Positions 57,333 to 64,000 of a stretch of DNA of 64,000 nt are shown piece by piece; position 1 is the first letter of the stretch, and every line of letters starts with the position of its first letter. A program made the position numbers and the translations under genes. The notes beneath the pieces were generated by a model that worked only from the letters and a program-made list of their open reading frames with translations, was not told where the DNA came from and ran no database searches. Origin of the DNA: Candidatus Helarchaeota archaeon (GTDB lineage Archaea > Asgardarchaeota > Lokiarchaeia > Helarchaeales > RDOG01); contig JAHPZH010000002.1 in assembly GCA_019058315.1 (NCBI GenBank), positions 1,005,910-1,069,909 on the forward strand, given 5' to 3'.

Positions 57333-58082
57333 TTAAATTTGAATTTGCATCATATCGTGAGGAATAATAACTTCTCCTTTGAAATGTTTTTTAGCTTCTT
57401 CACCTAAAAGATCTTCCCGTCCCTCAAGTTGTGGCATAAAATGAAATAATACTAATTTTTTTACACTTGCACTAGTAGCTATTTTTGCAGCATCTATAGG
57501 AGTAGAATGATAATATTTATGAGCCCATTCGGCATAACTTTCAGGCATAGAAGCTTCGTGCATTAAAATATCACAGTTGAAAGCAAATTTGGAAATTTTT
57601 TCAAGAGGGATGGTATCAGTACAATAACAGACACTTTTATCTCTATCTATTCTATATGCAAAGGTATCTATATGGTGGACTACTTTTAGCGCAGATATTT
57701 CTCCCAGGACAATTTTTTCTTCACCTTTAATTTTAGTATATTTAATTTCATAATTAAATGCATCTCTGGGAGTATGGGTTAATTTCAAAAATCCTTCTAT
57801 AACCTTTTCTACTTCAATGGGACCAATAATTTCTAGTGGTCGTTTTCTTTCTTCCACTAGCCATAGTCTCCATAAAAGAGTGACAATCCCCATAATATGG
57901 TCTGCATGTACATGTGAAAATATAATTTTTTCTAATTCTTTCAGATGTCCAACAACTTCAAGTATTTTTCGGGTAGTTCCTTCTGCACAGTCCATTAAAA
58001 TATCGTTATCTATTAAAAAAGAGGGAGTTCCTCTCGTTCTAGATACTGTGCTTCCCGATGTTCCTAAAATAGTTATTTTCAA
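57333..58082 (-). CDS. rnz: Ribonuclease Z-like metallo-beta-lactamase-fold hydrolase
   Basis: ITILGTSGS, DCAEG, SHVHADH, TDT, LMHEAS, HST, LVLFHF; the exosite arm looks short, so it may be a paralog. Confidence 0.75.
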   Translation of the reverse strand: MKITILGTSGSTVSRTRGTPSFLIDNDILMDCAEGTTRKILEVVGHLKELEKIIFSHVHADHIMGIVTLLWRLWLVEERKRPLEIIGPIEVEKVIEGFLKLTHTPRDAFNYEIKYTKIKGEEKIVLGEISALKVVHHIDTFAYRIDRDKSVCYCTDTIPLEKISKFAFNCDILMHEASMPESYAEWAHKYYHSTPIDAAKIATSASVKKLVLFHFMPQLEGREDLLGEEAKKHFKGEVIIPHDMMQIQI

Positions 58083-59539
58083 TTAACTAAAACTCCACTT
58101 ATGTCAAATACACAATTAAGATCAATGGAATATAGCAGCATTAAATTATCAGAATCTTGTGTTAGATTATTATATTTTTTGACGCTTTTAGGCTCAGCTC
58201 CGATGGATAAATAATATTGATATGGGCTTAATAGACTCATTAGATTAAAGGATAGGTATCTAGGATTCATATCAAGAATATAAATAGTATTTATATCGTA
58301 ATCCTGAAACATTAGAAGTCTCAAATTCTGTCGAATTTCTTGTTCAGCAAAACCAAAATATTGGGGACCGAAACAAGGTAGATAAACAATATAAACACTT
58401 TTTTTCGTTGATTTTGGTGTCATTAATGCGATTTGTATAGAAATATTTTCCATTGAATTTCCCATCACTTTGTATATATTCTTGCTATATTGTAAATAAA
58501 ATGAAGAGCCAAAAATTAATCCGGAAATAGTAAATAGTAAAAAAATAGTCTTTTTTCTTCTAAAATCAATTTGTTTTAGCCATGGTATAATTTTTAGGTC
58601 ATATTTATCAAGAAAAAGTAAAATTAATAAGAACGAATAAGCAACACAAGAAAAATAAAAGATTCGACTCGTTCTATGAAATATAAGCGGAACTGTATAG
58701 ATTAAAGCAAACAAAATTGTGAATTTTTTAGAGGAATTATCAATTTTTTTCATCCATAAGTATAAAGGTATTAAAAAAATTAACCCAGCTATAATAATAA
58801 CCAATCTTAAGGGGTCTAAAAAGCTTTGAATTGTAGAAAATAATCGATTTGTAGCTAAGCGAATATATATGAATAAAGCTACGATTGGTAAAAAATGCAC
58901 ATATTTGATGGCTCTCTCTTTTACAAATAATTTGATGCTCTCGGATTCAGTTAGTTCAAAAAATCCATATAAGGGAATTAAAAATAGAGCAGTTTCTTTC
59001 GACAAAACACTAAAGTTTACAAATACTACTGAAATTAGAAAATCCCTAATATTTTCTGTCTTTAAATATTTTAAAAAATAATAAATACTGATTAATCCAA
59101 AAGTAACGAAAAATAATTCAAAATAAGTCGCAATCCAGAAAAAAATTTCATAATAAATTGGAGAAAGAAGCAGCATTATAGAAATGGATAGTAATGGAGA
59201 AAGCTGCCTCTCAAAGAGTCTAGTTGCAACTAAATAAATTAAAAAAAGATTGATTATAATCATAATCATAGAGACTAAACGAAAAGGAAATGGAGCATTT
59301 CCAAAAATAAGGTAAAGTACCTCCATTAATAAAATAGGAATTGGTCTGTAATATTTTCCATTAAAATCATGCAATAAATTATAGTATGGGTTAACCAATG
59401 TATCGAAAAAGAAAGTTAATTCATCACTGAAGAAATAAATATTGAAATAATCTATAAAAATTAAAAAATTAATACCTATACTTAATATAATTACGAAAAT
59501 ATTATTTTTATCCTTTAAGCAATTTAGAATTTCGGTAAT
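58079..59539 (-). CDS. GT-C fold membrane glycosyltransferase (ArnT/PMT, GT39-like); N-terminus extended beyond the track start at 59398
   Basis: Multi-TM with YYRPI and SKETA motifs. The frame stays open 47 codons upstream and contains TM1 plus the acidic FFSDE motif; a GAGGAG SD sits 6 nt before ATT at 59539. Confidence 0.75.
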   Translation of the reverse strand: MTEILNCLKDKNNIFVIILSIGINFLIFIDYFNIYFFSDELTFFFDTLVNPYYNLLHDFNGKYYRPIPILLMEVLYLIFGNAPFPFRLVSMIMIIINLFLIYLVATRLFERQLSPLLSISIMLLLSPIYYEIFFWIATYFELFFVTFGLISIYYFLKYLKTENIRDFLISVVFVNFSVLSKETALFLIPLYGFFELTESESIKLFVKERAIKYVHFLPIVALFIYIRLATNRLFSTIQSFLDPLRLVIIIAGLIFLIPLYLWMKKIDNSSKKFTILFALIYTVPLIFHRTSRIFYFSCVAYSFLLILLFLDKYDLKIIPWLKQIDFRRKKTIFLLFTISGLIFGSSFYLQYSKNIYKVMGNSMENISIQIALMTPKSTKKSVYIVYLPCFGPQYFGFAEQEIRQNLRLLMFQDYDINTIYILDMNPRYLSFNLMSLLSPYQYYLSIGAEPKSVKKYNNLTQDSDNLMLLYSIDLNCVFDISGVLVN

Positions 59540-59676
59540 TTGCTTCTCCTCTTTTCATTAAATATATTATAAACTTTAAAATTGGATTATTTTTTTAATT
59601 TTTCTGATTATTATAAACTTAAAGGATTATTTTTTATTAATAGAAATAATAGTTCTAAAAGGAGCTACTGATTTTC

Positions 59677-60453
59677 ATGCCTGTAATTACATGTGTAAAT
59701 CAACCAATTAGATACGAGAAATGGGGTGTAAAAACTAGTCTTCCACCTATAATATTTTTACATGGTTGGAATAATAATGTAACTGGTTGGTATAAACAAA
59801 TTCCATTCTTTAAAAAAATTACTGAAGTTTTTGCTTATGATCAAATAGGTCATGGAAAAAGTTCTAGATCACGAGATATAGATTATTCGATGGATTTTAT
59901 GGAAGCTGTTTTATATCAATTTATTAAAAAATTGAAAATAAATAAACCTGTTATTGTAGGACATTCCATGGGAGGTATGTTAACTCAATATTTCGCTTTA
60001 AAACATCCAGATCTTATATCAAAAATAATATTACTATGCACAACTTCTGGTTTATCAAGGCCCTACAAAAGAGCTCCTTTATTTATATATCCTATTGCAA
60101 AAATATTATCAAAATTATTCAAACCAATACAATACTTTATGAATAGCTTTCCTCATAAATCTCTAACAAAGAAAGAGGCTCAAAATGATTTTAAACGAGC
60201 TGTAGCCACTGATCCTTATGGGTCCTTTAAAATTATAGGGTCAATCCTCAGTTTTTCTATTATTAAGGAAGCCAATAATATCAAAAATGATATACTTTTC
60301 ATTACAGGAACCTATGATATGTTCACAGATCAAATTCCTTTCTATCAAAAATTAGGGGCAACTGTAAAATTAATTAAAAACGGAGAACACAATTTACATG
60401 GACATTTTCATGAAGAAGTTAATCAGATTATGTATGAATTCATTAAAAGTTAA
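59677..60453 (+). CDS. Alpha/beta-fold hydrolase
   Basis: FLHGW, DQIGHGKS, nucleophile elbow GHSMGG, Asp (GTYD) and His (GEH). Confidence 0.92.
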   Translation: MPVITCVNQPIRYEKWGVKTSLPPIIFLHGWNNNVTGWYKQIPFFKKITEVFAYDQIGHGKSSRSRDIDYSMDFMEAVLYQFIKKLKINKPVIVGHSMGGMLTQYFALKHPDLISKIILLCTTSGLSRPYKRAPLFIYPIAKILSKLFKPIQYFMNSFPHKSLTKKEAQNDFKRAVATDPYGSFKIIGSILSFSIIKEANNIKNDILFITGTYDMFTDQIPFYQKLGATVKLIKNGEHNLHGHFHEEVNQIMYEFIKS

Positions 60454-60512
60454 TAAAATGGGAGAGGAAATAATTAAATTCGAATATATCTTACCCGAAA
60501 AAAATTCTTATT

Positions 60513-61679
60513 GTGGGTTTTAATTCACGTCCACTAGTTTTATCCGCTCTGAAGTTTGGATTAGATGTAGTTGCTATAGATTATTGGGGAGATCAAGATC
60601 TAAAAAATAAGATTAAAAATCTAATTGTAATAAAAGATAGAATGGCAAAAACAGATGTAGATACATCGGAATTATTAATTTCTGCTGCAAGAGATGCTTT
60701 TAAAGAATTCCCTAATCTTGAGGGAATTCTTGTAGGCAGTGGTCTTGATGATCGGTCTGATCTTTGGGGAAAATTAAATAATTTAGCACCAGTTTTTGGA
60801 AATACACCTATTGCAATAAAAGAAGTTAGAAATGTTCTTAATTTATTTAAGGAAGCAAGAAAGAAAAAGATCTCATGTCCATTCACTCAATTAGTATCTA
60901 CCTTAACGGAGGCCAAAACAATAGGTAAGGATATAAATTTCCCTCTAATATTAAAACCCTTTAGTGGAGGAGGAGGAATTAATATAAGAATTGCTTATAA
61001 TACAGATGATTTAGAGTCAAAATACTTAGAAATAAGTCAATTAACTAAAAATAACCGAGTCTATCTTCAGGAATTCATCGAAGGTCAAGATATTAGTACT
61101 ATGGTCTTATCAACAGGGAAAGAAAGTAAAGTAATATCTTTAAATGAACAACTAATTGGATTAAATGAAGTTAATTCCCCTTCAACCTTTACTTATTGCG
61201 GAAACATTATACCATTAGATACAACTAAAGAAGCAACACAAAATATAGAAGAGAGTTCTTTAAAATTAGCTCAATTATTTAAATTAAAAGGTATTAACGG
61301 TATAGATTTCGTCTTAAAAGATAATAATCCCTATTTAATGGAAATAAATCCTAGATTTCCAGGGACATTTGAATTGTTAGAAAATATATTAGAAACAAAT
61401 TTATTGAACATACATTTAGATGCTTGTTTTGGTATCTTACCCACTAAATCTTATCCGTATCTTAAATATGGTATAAAAATGGTAGTTTTTTCTAGGGAGA
61501 ATTATACATTACCTGATTTATCCTATATGAAAGATATTTACGATATCCCATTTCCAGGAACAATTGCAAACACAGGTTCGCCTATATGCACAGTTCAAAT
61601 ATTTGGAAAAAATAAAAAAACCATAATGGAAAAAGGTTTGAAAAAAATTAATGAAATTTATTCCAAATGTTCAGAATAA
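60513..61679 (+). CDS. ATP-grasp domain protein (COG2232-like archaeal ligase); true start probably slightly upstream
   Basis: DYWGDQD, LILKPFSGGGG, LQEFIEG, GIDF, EINPRF, DIPFPG...PICTV. Confidence 0.88.
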   Translation: MGFNSRPLVLSALKFGLDVVAIDYWGDQDLKNKIKNLIVIKDRMAKTDVDTSELLISAARDAFKEFPNLEGILVGSGLDDRSDLWGKLNNLAPVFGNTPIAIKEVRNVLNLFKEARKKKISCPFTQLVSTLTEAKTIGKDINFPLILKPFSGGGGINIRIAYNTDDLESKYLEISQLTKNNRVYLQEFIEGQDISTMVLSTGKESKVISLNEQLIGLNEVNSPSTFTYCGNIIPLDTTKEATQNIEESSLKLAQLFKLKGINGIDFVLKDNNPYLMEINPRFPGTFELLENILETNLLNIHLDACFGILPTKSYPYLKYGIKMVVFSRENYTLPDLSYMKDIYDIPFPGTIANTGSPICTVQIFGKNKKTIMEKGLKKINEIYSKCSE

Positions 61680-61693
61680 CGTCCCCTCTTGGT

Positions 61694-62203
61694 TTAGGGA
61701 GTAGTTACATTAACCCAAAAATGGTTCCACATACCTGAATATACAAATTCATGGATTAATGGAACATATTTCCAAAGTTCGAATATTATTTTGGTTTTAT
61801 TAATGGCCTCTGGAATTTTAAACCGCATTTTGTGAAAGATAAATAATTCATTTAGTAAAATACAATCAAAATGAGTAAGCTCCTTTGCGTTTTTACTAGG
61901 ATGGAACAGACTATTGGTCGTATTTTCATCACCATATTTAACAATAACACGATAATAATAAATCATATCTTCCTGATTTACCACACTTACTGTAAAATTT
62001 ACAGTTTTGTTAACACCAATGATTTTTGGATAATGAGTTGTACCCCCAGAAGCGTCTAGTACACCAATTGAGGAAAAACGTTGGACAGGATAAGTTATAA
62101 TTGCATAGACATTAAAACCAACAACGATTCCTAGTGCGATTAAAACTGGAATTAAGTATATTTTAAAATGGGATTTTGAAATGTCTTTTTCGTTATTACT
62201 CAT
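61694..62203 (-). CDS. DUF1616-like membrane-anchored protein
   Basis: TM, then FSSIGVL...YP...VSVVNQE...YRVIVK...KIIFELWKY...WNHFWVNVT. Confidence 0.75.
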   Translation of the reverse strand: MSNNEKDISKSHFKIYLIPVLIALGIVVGFNVYAIITYPVQRFSSIGVLDASGGTTHYPKIIGVNKTVNFTVSVVNQEDMIYYYRVIVKYGDENTTNSLFHPSKNAKELTHFDCILLNELFIFHKMRFKIPEAINKTKIIFELWKYVPLIHEFVYSGMWNHFWVNVTTP

Positions 62204-62217
62204 TTTGTGACCTTAAT

Positions 62218-62823
62218 TTATTTATTTGATATTACTATTTTCTTCTTCAAAAGATCTTTTTCATCTTTCTTTCGATGATAAGATTTTTTGGCATAGTAAA
62301 TTAATATAATTCCTATAAAGATAGAGATGATGATGATCGTTACATAGATTGGTATCACAATAGATGTGAATTCTTTATTTGAAACCGATTCGAAACCTTT
62401 GATTAAACTTAAAGGAAGAATGCCTTCTGCGATAGAATAGGCTTTTTTTGCGTAACTAATTGCTATTGTATAATTTGAAGTAGAAAATGCGGATTCTGCC
62501 TTATTTAAATAGTATATAGCATTCGCAAGACCAACATATAAAAACAAAATATCCCCTTGATTTAATTCAGTACCTACAAGTATCTCAAAATTCGCAAAAA
62601 TAAGATCTTCGGCATGTGTTATATTATCTACAGCGTTATCTTCGTCATCTAGAGCACATAAATTATGCGGATTTTTTTTATATCTCATATTAAAGATGAA
62701 ATTTTGAGAAGTAGAAGTATAAAAACTAATAAAAACACAAATTATTATAAATGAAACTGCTGCCAATTTAATTTTCATGTATTTCACAATTTGGGCTATT
62801 TCTTGTGAATTATTTCGATCCAA
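62218..62823 (-). CDS. Hypothetical membrane protein (signal, helical bundle, C-terminal TM)
   Basis: Likely start at MKIKLAAV; helical AIYYLNKAESAFSTSNYTIAISYAKKA; C-terminal TM followed by a Lys-rich tail. Confidence 0.7.
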   Translation of the reverse strand: MDRNNSQEIAQIVKYMKIKLAAVSFIIICVFISFYTSTSQNFIFNMRYKKNPHNLCALDDEDNAVDNITHAEDLIFANFEILVGTELNQGDILFLYVGLANAIYYLNKAESAFSTSNYTIAISYAKKAYSIAEGILPLSLIKGFESVSNKEFTSIVIPIYVTIIIISIFIGIILIYYAKKSYHRKKDEKDLLKKKIVISNK

Positions 62824-63515
62824 CCTTTCTTTTCGTACTTATCAATGATATCTCTTACTTCTGCGACTGGGAAATTACATTTCTCGCTTATATCTTCAAG
62901 GCTATTTTTACCATCTGCATATTGTAAACAAAGCCCTTCATTAAACGCGAACTTCTTCTTAGAATATTTAGGGTCTAATAAGGGATATATTTCAGCAGGA
63001 GATAAAGTTTCCAGTGGTGATGGTGTTATTGCAGGTTCATTACTATTAACAGCTAGCGCTGGAACTGTTTCAACAGCTTTTACCTTCTTTAATCTTATAA
63101 TATCATATGCAATAGTTTCAAGTTCATAAATTTCTTGAAGTTTATTTAGTGCTTCATCTATATTACCAGTAAATGTATTGAGTAGCCCTCGATATGCAAG
63201 AAGGTTTCCGCTTTTTCCAGTAGGGGAGTATAAAACAAGCATAACTTTTTTTGAAATTTTAAAAAATCCTAAAAGAATCCCGCTTAATGGTATAGAATAT
63301 TGATTTATTTCTATAAGTGAAAAATTTGTTTCGACATAATCCTTAATATATTCTGCTCTATCTTGTTCTAATTCGGGATCTATATATTTGATATCGGCAA
63401 GATCATCAATAATTGCGATCTGGGTTTCGAGCTGAGGCAATAACGCTTTCATCTTACCTTTAAGCTCACTTACTACTTCTTTTAATGGGTTATATGACAA
63501 AATATTTCCTCTCAT
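62796..63515 (-). CDS. Hypothetical protein with a profilin/roadblock-like N-domain and a C-terminal winged helix
   Basis: C-terminus CLQYADGKNSLEDISEKCNFPVAEVRDIIDKYEKKGWIEII has a wHTH pattern; N-domain paralogous to 54414..55070. Confidence 0.75.
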   Translation of the reverse strand: MRGNILSYNPLKEVVSELKGKMKALLPQLETQIAIIDDLADIKYIDPELEQDRAEYIKDYVETNFSLIEINQYSIPLSGILLGFFKISKKVMLVLYSPTGKSGNLLAYRGLLNTFTGNIDEALNKLQEIYELETIAYDIIRLKKVKAVETVPALAVNSNEPAITPSPLETLSPAEIYPLLDPKYSKKKFAFNEGLCLQYADGKNSLEDISEKCNFPVAEVRDIIDKYEKKGWIEIIHKK

Positions 63516-63793
63516 AGTTTATGATTAAAATAAATATTGCCTAATTTTCTTCACATTAAAAATATCTTAATATTTGATTTATATTAATTTCACACTTTTA
63601 AATTGTAAGTCTTTTTAAAGTATAAAAAACTGGTATAATTAAAAATTAAAAAAGTTTGAGGTATATAATTTCAATAATAATATTAAATGTCAATTGGAAA
63701 CATACATATTTAAATGTAGAAACTAAGAGAATGATGAGGATATAACTTTATATAATAATTTGAACTGATAAACAGCCATGGAAGCGAGCTGAT

Positions 63794-64000
63794 ATGGAGC
63801 GGAGTGAAGTTATAAAACTTATAAAAATGATGATAGAGGAGACAAATTCCGCTATTAAAGATAAACAATTTTTGTTAGTTTATGAAAATTACACTAAAAT
63901 TGCTGAACTTTGTAAACAAATTGGGGATGAGAAAAACGCTAATAGTTATGCTGAGGCTGCAAATAAATTTAAACAACGGGCAGATATAGTAGAACATGAA
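63794..64000 (+). CDS. Partial helical-repeat (TPR/MIT-like) protein, runs off the right edge
   Basis: MERSEVIKLIKMMIEETNSAIKDKQFLLVYENYTKIAELCKQIGDEKNANSYAEAANKFKQRADIVEHE, with no stop before 64000. Confidence 0.7.
   Translation, partial: MERSEVIKLIKMMIEETNSAIKDKQFLLVYENYTKIAELCKQIGDEKNANSYAEAANKFKQRADIVEHE

Noticed and set aside
38985-63129. Short ORFs overlapping longer genes (38985, 41116, 43049, 43929, 47666, 49356, 52247, 55438, 56497, 57817, 58869, 60593, 61871, 62845)
   Set aside because: They overlap well-supported CDSs antisense or out of frame.

Overview
AT-rich archaeal DNA, most consistent with an Asgard archaeon (Lokiarchaeia/Helarchaeales-like). This is inferred from GGTGA/GGAG ribosome-binding sites, UPF0147, DUF1616, a 7TM-longin-like fusion and the LRR/WD40 content. 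The main feature is absent from the supplied ORF track: a single minus-strand frame from ATG 37195 off the left edge of the window, encoding at least 12,398 aa. From N to C it has a basic helical N-terminus, a TM helix, a prenyltransferase/squalene-cyclase-like repeat domain and a TM hairpin. Next come about 1,650 aa of non-repetitive alpha/beta sequence and then about 9,800 aa of acidic beta-rich modules. Those modules include Ig-like arrays, several jelly-roll/CBM-like families, PA14-like and DNRLRE-like parts, a recent tandem duplication and units resembling phage tail/baseplate proteins. The right 26 kb holds other surface/interaction genes (repeat propeller, LRR, WD40, a 2,256-aa NEW3-repeat protein, a NosD beta-helix, a GT-C glycosyltransferase) and ordinary archaeal genes. 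It also has a gene split at an A-AAA-AAG slippery site, a missed small RHH gene and two genes with apparently non-canonical starts. No rRNA, tRNA, CRISPR array or transposase was seen. All domain calls come from manual motif reading, not database searches, and sub-domain coordinates are approximate.
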